This document shows, piece after piece, positions 1 through 10,115 of a stretch of DNA of 64,000 bases. Numbering within the stretch: position 1 is the first letter of the stretch; each line of letters starts with the position of its first letter. The notes under the pieces are model-generated. The model did not search any database and was not told the DNA's origin. It saw only the letters and a program-made list of their open reading frames with translations. Source of the stretch: Pseudovirgaria hyperparasitica. Taxonomy: Eukaryota. The DNA lies in the NCBI GenBank assembly GCA_010093815.1, contig ML996568.1. One strand, given 5' to 3'. The position numbers and the translations under genes are program-made.

Positions 1-439
1 AGGCGTCAAAATATCCACTATCAAAACAATCGCGCATTCTGAAACGCAGTCAACAAGTCCATGTTATTTCTGCATTGTTACTCGCTAATATACAACTCAG
101 GCATTCGTGCTATCCCTCACACCAACCTCGCCATGCAAAGACAGCCTGCTCGCATGCTTGTTAGCGACCTTTAAGACCGAATCGCATGCCCGATACCACC
201 ACCCAAGGTATGTATCGCTGAGGAAACATGGCAGAAGGAGAGAACAATTGAGTCGGAGTATGAAAGAGCTACGTCTCGTTCGCTATCCGACGATTCCGAT
301 GCTGTCGTCGATAAATCTATTCACAAGAATGATGAGGATCGTTATGTTGGTACATGACAGTGCAGCCGAAGAAGCCTCCAAATTTTGCAGTGCATGGAAA
401 AAGCTAGGCATACTACTGTATAAGGCAGAAAGGGGGAAT

Positions 440-3187
440 CTACTCCTCTTCACTCTCTGAAGCCGCATCATCGTCGCTGCTTGAGTCGTCCTGGTTCGCT
501 GGAGATACTGGCTCTTCAGATCCTGAACCACCCTGCTTGAACGTCTCGAGTTGACGTTTTATAGCCTCAATGCTGTCTTCCTGTTCCTTCTTGTTCATTG
601 GCTTGTTCTTCTTGCTCTTGGTCGTCTTGGGAGCTGCAGACTTTGGGGGCTCAAACTCGTCGTCCGAGATCTCATCGTTCTTCTGCATCGATGGTCGTTT
701 GTTACGGACGAACTTGTACAGCTGACGCAGGACGTCCTCGGGAATCATCTCCATATCTATCTCGAGCTCTTCATCGTTGCCATTCTAAGCAGTGTTAACA
801 AACAATGTGGTGACGAGTGAAGGGGCCAAAAACTTACGCTTAGGTTTGGACAACCGTTGCGGATTATTTGCATTGCTTTTCCCATGTCGGCTTCACTCAG
901 TTCACTGATCGACTCCGAAATCTCTTGTTTTTGTTGGAACGTCAAAGGCGTCACGTTCTTGGCTTTCTTGGACTTGCCAGGCTTCGATGATGCCGTTCCA
1001 CCGCTGTTCTTCTTTTGCTTACTGCTCTTACCAGTTTTGCCATTCTTCTTCCCATGCGCCTTCGGTGACGCCTGCTTAGTTGCACTCTCAATAATTTGTT
1101 GTGCTTGGCTATTCAGCATTGCGATTTGTCGTTGTATGTCTAGCAAATCTCTCTGACGTGTGTCTTGTTCGTCATCACTTGCTTCATCATCGTCAGACTC
1201 CTCCGCAGATGAAACTGGGTCTGAAGGTGGCTGATGGTTCGCAATCCATGTTTCTTTTCCAGCCCATAATTCGTTCACTATAGCCTGAAACTCTTTGCCC
1301 ATCTTGTTGATTTCATCATTGTCGGGGTTGAACTTGAAGCAATTGGCGAACATCAGATCGAAGTCGGCTTTAAAATCTTTTGACGTCTGATAATCGCCTT
1401 GCTTGAGCTTCTTGTCTATGGTGCTCATGTCCATAGGTTTCTTGATAACCTTGTGATAAGTCGGGATATTGAGTGCCACAGGATCTACAGGATTCGCGAA
1501 TGGCCAGGAGATTCTCGCGTATTTCTGCTTTTTCACCTCATTCATCACGTGTTCGCAGAATCTCAGTTCGATCTGGAATTTCTTCTTTTTGGGCTTGACG
1601 CTATATGGCAAATCTCTTGGCTTCGGGCGCTGTATCTCTCGCTTAGGTCGGCCATCATTCGTGGTAGAGTCTCTTCGAATGATGGGAACACCGTCAATAG
1701 GAGCATATGTGGTAGGTGATGCCGCAACAGGAGCCGGATGTGGAATGACGGGTTTCTCTGATTTAGTGGTAGATCGACGACGCGTCTCCTTCTTGGTAGG
1801 AGCCGAGGGAGCTGGCTTGGCAGGCTGTGGGACCTGCACACTGCCCCGAGTGGCATTGGACTTTATAGCTCTTGCCATGAATGCTTCTAGAACGGTGCCT
1901 GCAGTCGATACGGGATGCGATGATCCATTGAAAAGAAATGAGTTCTTGACCATCTGGCACATATCAGAGATGAATTCGTCCACTGTGCCATATTTGTCGT
2001 TCTTGAGCTTAGTCTCCATGGTCTTCAGATCCATTGGGTGTGACACGATACTGGGATAGGTGGGGATGCCAAGCGCGACCGGGTCCACGGGTTCCTTAAA
2101 AGCAAGCGCAGCTTTTGCCTTTTTCGCGTTCTGTAAGACGCGGAGCAAACCTGCTTTTTGCCGTGGTAGCAGCGGCTCCGAGTCGAACTGAGCCAATATC
2201 GGGGTGTATTGCGTGTTCGCTATTACCTGGGTTGTTGCTGGCGCTGTGTCGGTACTAGGTGTTTCAGCTGTGGTACTCTCTTGGGCAATTGGAGGTATCT
2301 GCTCAGACACTATTGTCGGCTCGACCTTGGACATGCCCGACGCCGGCGGGTCTGCATCAATTGACTCTGCATCTGCAGTTCTCACGCGCTTTGGAGATCG
2401 TTGTTCGACGTCGTCATCTTCACGTGCTCGTACTTTCGACTGCGATGGAGCGTCTGACATAGCCTCATCCGTAGTAGGTGGAATATCTCCAGTCGAGTCA
2501 GCCATTTTTTCATCTACGTCAGCTATTGATGCATTGTTTGTTGTAGTGGGTTCGATTGGAGCCAAGGCATCGATCTGCGGGGCAGGGTCTTCTTTTCGTG
2601 TCGCATTATGTACTTTCGTGTCTGTCTCAGGAGTGAGAACAATTTGGGATTCTTGAACCGAAGTTGTAGTGTCGCCTGTCGTGTCCATGATATCGGGGTT
2701 AGCTCCGAGTGAGAGCTGTGGTAACTCTTCAGAAGAGTCGGCGCGAATAGCAGACGTCGGTGCGTCGACTAAGGGAGGTATTCCGGTGATAGGATCTGAA
2801 TTCGGAGTTGGGTCAGGTAGGAAGGGCGCGACTGGCGCAATACCGTTAGTGACTTCGTCGGCAGGCGCAATTGTCATGTCTAGATCGGAGGCATTATCGT
2901 TGTCTGACTTCGCAACAAGCGACGGCTGTTCGTCCGCCAAAGTGACCGTCTGCTCTGGAGTAGAGTTGCCGTTTTCGAGTGAGGATGGATCAGGTGTTGC
3001 CCTGGAGTTGCGCCAGTCAGTACAATTTGACGCGACTACGCGAAGCAATTCGCGCCTATGTAAGAAAAGTTGCTGTGGTATCTTACCCATTGGTGTCTAC
3101 AGTGACTGTTATAATGCCAGCTGATGTGACGACAGGTCTTGATTCGATGGACGGTTTGTCCATGAATGATGATGCCATCACTGCCAT
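440..3187 (-). CDS. BDF1: BET-family double-bromodomain protein with ET domain (3 exons)
   Basis: Two bromodomains (FKEPVDPVALGIPTY..PMDL; WPFANPVDPVALNIPTY..PMDM) and an ET domain (LTFQQKQEIS...EELEIDME). Introns 3002-3086 and 785-837 (GT-AG) join ATG 3187 (MAVMASS) to ORFs 757..3090 and 440..754 in frame. Confidence 0.95.
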
Positions 3188-4644
3188 GTAAAGGTGAGAG
3201 GGTGACTAGGCGTCTTGCCGCGGTAGACACCACGCGGTAGGCGCGACTGAGTTAGGACGGCGATCGCAGTTAGACTCGGTCTTACGTGCAGACGGCGACG
3301 GTTAATTTTCTGAAGCGCGCGTGGATTGCGACGCGCCGGTCGAAAGATGAAGATGAAGAAGGGATGGTGCGATTGTTGTAGAGGCGAAAGAGGTGATGCG
3401 CGACAGAATTTCGAAGTAGGTCTGCGTAAACTTCGGTAATAAATGGAGGTGCGGATGCGAGGAAATGGTGGGGGTGGCGGTAGCTACAAGCTCAGCTGGA
3501 GGAGGGGAGCTGATCGGAGAGCTGGCGGCCGACGCCTTTATGTCTTGCGAGCTGATGAAACCGACTGGCTCGACGGCAAAGGACACGTGACGTCTCTGCG
3601 CCTCCACTTTTTGATCGTAACGATGAGTCAAGTGTCCAAAACAGGTGCCGCGCAGTGCAGTAGCCCGTTTTTGACGCAGGGTCTTGTTAACAACAGCGTC
3701 TTGATTGGCCGAAATGTCGCGATAGGCTGTGCTGGAATATAAAATAAAATACCGGGCGCGCAAACAACACACCTAGCTGTCGTCGTTCCTTTCTGCGTAG
3801 ATTCGGAACTGCACCTATGCGCGTACCACCGGGCGGGAGAAACCGGAGCTTGGTTGAGTGTTTGGAGGGTGGTCGTGTCGTTCAATGATAGAAGGAGGAG
3901 ATGAAAGGAACAGAGACGGAGAGAGAGACAGAGAGACAGAGAGGAGAAAGAAAGACGCTGGGGCTGCAAAAGGAATGTTGAATGGTGGATGATGGCAGGA
4001 CGGGCTCTCCAGTGGGACGTGTATAGGCGGCCTACGATGGAGGTAAACAAGACTGAAACGTAAGAGTTGCACTAGCAAAAGTGACCCTGGCGTGTGTGTG
4101 GTCTGTTTGCACAGGACGGACCGGGGTAGAAGGAGGAGCGGATTAGCTCACGTGAGGTCGATTCGCAATGATGGCAGCCCAACAATCACCAAAGATGATT
4201 GTTGTGAGTGAAGCGGACGTATTAAATATTATAATTAGGCTGGACTGCGTTCGGAGAAAGGCGCGAGGGCGGGGTCGGGGTCAAGCGTTTTTAGTAGCAG
4301 TACTGCTGGCTTTGCTGGCTGCTGGAAGCGGAGCTGGAAGGCGCGCAAGGGAAGAAGAAAGTCCGGAGGTTGGCTTCGGATGTCGCAGCGCGCAGCGGGT
4401 TGGAGTTTAGCAGCGAGGAAAGGGGACCAGATCTTTGGCTTTCCAACGCGTGAGGGGCGCGATCTCTGCTTTTTCAATCTCGCGCATTGCTCCAGCTCAC
4501 CTGGGCCGCCGCTGGCTCTGTCCAATAGCCGTCGTGGTACCGCCTAGCATGTATTCAAAAGGGGCCTGCTAATGTACTTTAGGTCTAGCGTTGTGTCGCC
4601 GCTTGCCTCCACATCCAACATCCTTGCGGCAAGCAACGCCTAAC

Positions 4645-4682
4645 GAAAATTATTCTCATCGGTTCATGGCGAAGAAAAATTC
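4645..4682 (+). promoter_or_regulatory. RRPE-like and PAC elements upstream of a ribosome-biogenesis gene
   Basis: GAAAATTATT (4645) abuts CTCATCG (4655-4661, reverse PAC CGATGAG); a second GAAAAATTC lies at 4674; about 180-210 nt upstream of the UTP5-like ATG. Confidence 0.5.
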
Positions 4683-4854
4683 CGTCATCACGAACCTCGT
4701 TTTTCCACGCCAGCATCGCCATCCTCATTTTCAACCCGTCAGCCTCTTGTGCGCTCGTAGTTTCATCGCTCGCTGCTTCCCGGCGTCTCCGCCCGCTTGC
4801 CCGCTTTCACATTATTTTTAATCTGCCGTGTCGCTATCCATGATTTGAACAGCC

Positions 4855-6201
4855 ATGCCAGCCATCATGTCGCAAAGTCGCCAAGCAGCAGCTACGCCCA
4901 AGCCATCAAGGAATCCCCATCCCGCTAAGAAGCAGAAGATCACGCCGTCAGAAAAGTCTTCAACAGCCAACCTTCATGCCCTCATCCCTCAGAAGGGAGA
5001 CGTGCAGAAGAAAAGAGCCTCACAAGTTTCGAATGGTTCCAAGGGCAATACCAGATTGCACAAATTCAATGAAGAGCAGGCGATAGTCATCAACGGACAA
5101 GAAGATGATGTGGATATGGAGGATGCCACAATTAATCGGACGAATGGAGAGAATGTCGATAGTGAAGAGGAAATCTCTGCGGATGAGGCTGACGAAGTCG
5201 ACATAACTCGGCCATTACGGAGAGTACCAAGCACTCAAGATAAGTCATTGCAGAGGTCCAACGTTGTGGATGCTACGGCCACAAAGAAGGATGATGCCGA
5301 AGCCGACGAGGAGGAAGATACAGGACCTACCTTTGGAGAACTGATCGATGTGGACAATGCGCTGGCCATTCAAGACCCCGAATCAAGAACACTTTCTGCC
5401 CCAAATAGCAGCAGCCGCGCAGTCGCACTACCGTCTGGAAACTCTCTTGGTACAGTTTTGACTCAAGCACTGAAAACAAACGACAAAGTTCTGCTTGAGA
5501 CCTGTTTCCAGATAAACGATCTCGATAGCGTCAGATCCACGATTCAGCGCTTAGAATCCCCCTTGGTATCCAGTCTTCTATCTAGATTAGCGGAAAGGAT
5601 ACACAAAAAGCCAGGAAGAGCTGGAAACTTGATGGTCTGGGTACAGTGGTCACTCGTATCCCATGGTGGGTATCTTGCTGGGCAGCCAGACGTTATGCAA
5701 AAGCTGCAGGGCCTATACCGAGTCATCAGAGAGCGCGCAAACGGCCTGCAACCTCTCCTGGCATTAAAGGGAAAGCTGGACATGCTCAGCGCCCAAGTAG
5801 AGTTGCGAAGAAGCATGCAACGCTCCGCGGATATTGGAGGGGAGGATGATAAAGCTGTAATATATGTGGAGGGCCAAGAGAGCGACTCTGAATCGGATGG
5901 TGCTCTTGATGCCACAGACGTGGCAAAGCAACAAGTTGAGAATTTCAGTGATGACTCTGGTGATGATGGTATCGATATGCCCCTGGCCCACGACGGCCTC
6001 GACAATGAGGACGAGGACATGGAGGAATCCGAAGGCCTTGTGGACGACGAGGCTGAGGAAACAGAGCAAGACTCAGGTGATGACATGTCAGAAGTTGAAA
6101 GTGAGGAAGATAGTGACGACGAGGATATCTCCGAAGCCGAAGAAGAAACCGGAGCACCCTTGAGACGCTCAAAGGCTGCCGCAAGATCAGCTTTGAGGTA
6201 A
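4855..6201 (+). CDS. UTP5: SSU processome component, Utp5-like (Utp12/NUC189 domain)
   Basis: Intronless 448-aa ORF with SLGTVLTQALKTNDKVLLETCF...LMVWVQWSLVSHGGYL...LLALKGKLDML and an acidic tail. Confidence 0.85.
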   Translation: MPAIMSQSRQAAATPKPSRNPHPAKKQKITPSEKSSTANLHALIPQKGDVQKKRASQVSNGSKGNTRLHKFNEEQAIVINGQEDDVDMEDATINRTNGENVDSEEEISADEADEVDITRPLRRVPSTQDKSLQRSNVVDATATKKDDAEADEEEDTGPTFGELIDVDNALAIQDPESRTLSAPNSSSRAVALPSGNSLGTVLTQALKTNDKVLLETCFQINDLDSVRSTIQRLESPLVSSLLSRLAERIHKKPGRAGNLMVWVQWSLVSHGGYLAGQPDVMQKLQGLYRVIRERANGLQPLLALKGKLDMLSAQVELRRSMQRSADIGGEDDKAVIYVEGQESDSESDGALDATDVAKQQVENFSDDSGDDGIDMPLAHDGLDNEDEDMEESEGLVDDEAEETEQDSGDDMSEVESEEDSDDEDISEAEEETGAPLRRSKAAARSALR

Positions 6202-7010
6202 TTCTGCATCATCATGTTCGAACATCTGAAACAATCCTGATATTCGGATCTTGGAGTTCCGGTTCGCATATTCAGGGCAACAGGCGTTTACTACTGGCCT
6301 TTTCATCTGCCTCCGTTGGACGGTATAGCAATTGACTCCAATAATTGTCTGATAGTCTCGATATAAAAACAATATGGTGTTATACAGAGGTACTTGTGTG
6401 CATAAGACGCATACGTACGTCTTACAAAGCATGCCTCGGTCAAACTTTTCATATGTAACGTGCCGTGTTGTTAGACCAGTACAACGCCGACCATGTTTCG
6501 CCCGAAGTAATTGACACATATATCAACAAAGTCTTACATTATATAGCTTAATCGATCTCATAAAATATTTTGGGTATGGTTCGTTATATGACGCGATCAT
6601 CAATGCGCACAGCATACATTGCCATCGAGCTGACACACCGCGTGTAACGTGTTCAATGCCGGAGAGCACCTCTTAGATGTACTGGTCTTTCTTGGAGGTC
6701 GCAATATCCAGTGTCGAATCCCAGCCGTAAGAGCTCAGGGCTGGCGGTGATACAGGACACTGGCGAGCACTTCACTCGAACATGGAAACATAGGTTTTGC
6801 AAGTCATAGGTCTGTCAGCTTTCATTCTTTTTTCCCAATGGAGCGCGAAGCTTCATGTATACCATGAGAGCATGACTTGTGCCTGTTTGTAGTCTCGCTG
6901 TCCTCCTGGTCGGAAGCATTTCACAATATTCTGCCTTCTTCGACCAAATTCAAGCTGGCTCACAGCTAAGGCGCTCCTCGAATCTGTCTTGAACCTATGT
7001 TCACAGACGT

Positions 7011-7666
7011 TCAAAGCCCCTCGACACCTTGTTCGCCTTCGAAACCAAGGGCGCGGAGCCTGGCATGACGAGTTTTGTCCTTCTCTTTCTTCGCCTCTTT
7101 CTCTTTCTTCAAAAGCTGGAAGACGTGATCGGCGGGAGCTTCTTGGAAGCCTTTTGGAATGTCATCTTCCCGGTCGAGGTCCTGTAATTACTGTAAGCTC
7201 GACTTTCCTTGAACGTTTGCCGTTATGTAACACTACAATTTCACCTAAGAGTAGGACATTCTCGCCTCGGATCAGGAATACGCCACGGGGGACATCGGCG
7301 AAGAGGTTTTGCACATACATGCGCTCAACTGTACCTTGAAGAACAAGGTTGCCTGGATCGTGTTAGCTATGCATTGTTGGGGAGCAGCGCGCGAACGCAC
7401 CAAACTGATCCCAGCTTCTCAGAACTCCGATGAGCTTCTTTCCATCTCGAAGAGCTACCATCAATTTCTCTGATGAGTTTCGTATTAGCCTTCTGATATA
7501 AGCAAGCCCATATGACGGCTTGGTGTGACTCGGACTCACTATCGGTCAAGTCAAGTAGTTGCGCAGCGGTTGTGAACATCTGCGGGGGGAGTAGCGGGAC
7601 CGGAGGTTGTTGCGGTGCTTGATCGAAGCTGCCTGGTGGCGGATCGTTGAGCGATAAGTTCTCCAT
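7011..7666 (-). CDS. LSM1: Sm-like protein Lsm1 (4 exons)
   Basis: Spliced product ...FTTAAQLLDLTD/KKLMVALRDGRKLIGVLRSWDQF/GNLVLQGTVER...RGVFLIRGENVLLLGEI/DLDREDD...; three GT-AG introns; TGA at 7011-7013. Confidence 0.93.
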
Positions 7667-8449
7667 GGTGATTGTCTGTCATGTAGAAAGCTTCAAGTGC
7701 CAGCCCATGTTCTGTGAAATATAGGCGGAAATATGTCCACAAGAATTGCGCAAGCGGGAAGTGAATCGTCCAGACCAAACGGTTCAATGTCGGTTCTAAT
7801 TACTTTCAGTAGTGCGCTTTCCTGTGAACTAGCGCGGTCCCGCCAATAACACCAATTGATGTAGGTACAATCAACAAATGGAACTTCTGTTGATCCTCCC
7901 AGGCCCCGACACAACACCCTATAATTTGTTGTGAGGTACAACATCGCAGCACTTACTCGCGGTCTAGAGTCACTGAAGTTCATCGACCTTCTTTCATAAG
8001 TTTGATAATTAACAGGGCACCTCAACAGCTTTCGGTGGCAGATTCGGACCAAACAGAGCGAGCCTAACTTCAGGTATAAGGCCAGGATAAGCGTTTGCGG
8101 AGAGCACATCACGGACAATATCTTCAAGGCACAACAACATTGTCGCCATCTTTGGATATCATATTAATAATTTACACCACTAGGTGGGTTTCTACAGCTA
8201 AGGCACTGTACCTCCAACGTGATCCTGTTCGGCATCGGCATCATAAGCTACGTGTCTTAGATAGCATGACATTACTCTTGTCTACAACAGACAGAGTACG
8301 GGTCATTTCATGAGTTGAAGAATATCCTCAGGCGACCACATTCGAGACCGTAGGGTTAATCCCTGTGTTTCTACAAGTCCCACAGTTCTGTTTGGGTCCA
8401 TATATGGTGGAGAGAACCTAACATTTCCCCCTGTCTTTCGATATTTCAG

Positions 8450-9551
8450 ATGTCAGGGCTTTATAGACTGCTCCGTCAAAAATGGATGCCACCAGTGGAT
8501 CCCACAACATCATTCGACGGGCAGACGATCTTGATAACGGGAGCGAACACTGGACTGGGATTTGAAGCCGCTATCAAGTTTGCCTCTTTGGGTGCCTCGA
8601 AGGTTATCATTGGAGTGCGTAATATCGATAGCGGAATCGCTGCAAAGCACAAAATTGAACAACGGGTGGGAAGAAATGGGTTGGTCGAAGTGTGGTCACT
8701 AGACATGAACTCCTATACCAGTATCCAAGCCTTCGCAGATCGGGCCACCAACTATCCAAAGCGTATAGATGCTGCGCTTCTGAATGCAGGCATACGGAAC
8801 AAGACTTTCAAATGCAGCTCCTATGGTTGGGAAGAGACATTACAGGTCAACGTTCTATCAACAGCGCTTCTTGGTCTCCTTCTCTTGCCAAAATTAAAGA
8901 CTTCCGGATCTGCCGTTCGAAGAGCTGTGCTACAAGTCACTTCCTCGGGGACGCATGTAATGCACAGAATACCAGCCGATCATGAGACGGCACCGAACAT
9001 CCTGGAATCCTTCAACGTTGCGGACGGCTATAATGCAGCTCGACAATACAGTTTGTCGAAGCTGTTCATTCAACTAGCCATTTCTCAATTGGCCCTCCAT
9101 GTCAACGACGAAAATGGCAACCCAGATGTTGTAGTGCTTGGCACTTGCCCAGGTCTGATATGCGTGAATTGGCGGTATTGACTATGTTGACAAACTTCTA
9201 GGACTCTGCAAGTCAGGCCTAGCCCGTTCGTACACTGGAGCACTCTTCTGGGTAGCTTACATGATATTTACCTTCTTATTCGCACGATCCACGGAAGAAG
9301 GTGCGAGGTCTCTAGTCAGTGGTGTCGCTCTTGGTGAGAGGGGCCACGGAAGATTCTGGCAGCATGATAAGCTTCACCCGTGAGTTTGTTAAAGCATTTG
9401 TGCTTGACTCAAAGCTGATGGTGTAAGATCCGCGCGTCATCTTGATGAAATGGAAAGAGAGGAGTTGCGAGGACAGGTATGGTACGATATTATGGATGCA
9501 TGGCGAAAAAGCGTCTCAGACAGTCTTTGGAAGGTAATTTTAACCTTATAA
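8450..9551 (+). CDS. Short-chain dehydrogenase/reductase (retinol dehydrogenase/WWOX-like), 3 exons
   Basis: TGANTGLG Rossmann motif, LLNAG, YSLSK catalytic motif. Introns at about 9153-9201 and 9380-9427 give CPG/LCKSGLAR...ARSTEEGARSLV...W; stop TAA 9549-9551. Confidence 0.88.
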
Positions 9552-10115
9552 AGATCTTTGCAATCATGATCTATATATGTATGATGACTATGTGTGGAAA
9601 CGTCCCGCTCTAGAGGGAAAAGGTCATGAGGATAAGGCGAAACGTGAAACCCTACGTGGAGTCTTCTATAATTGCTCTAGAACGAGTAAGCTTGAAGGTC
9701 TGTGCGTCGGTCCCAGTGATGATGACGTTGGTTCCCTTCCCCTGTACTAAGCTGCTCAGCAACCTGGCATGTCCACAGATTGTTAAACCTACACCTTCAT
9801 ATACCGACGAATGTCGCTTTCAAAGTGGCTCCTCTACCCCCGTATCGAAATCGAGGCCACCTTCACGGCAAAAAATCACTCTTCCGCTACCTCTTCCCCA
9901 ATACCCACCAGCGCGCCCGCGAGAGCCTTTGGAAGTTCCGGTCCGAAACGCTCCCATCTCTTCGCCACCGCGCACAAGCCCAGATTTATCGTTATATAGT
10001 ACATAGGCAAAGCCTGAACCGAAGGCGTAGACCCAGCCGCATTTTAGACTTGGTGCGGCGAGTGAAACAGCGCAAAGACTTGCCAGGAATAGGACGAAAC
10101 AAAGATGGAGTCAAG

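Noticed and set aside
5544..6269. 241-aa Ser-rich minus-strand ORF
   Set aside because: Antisense of the acidic UTP5-like tail.
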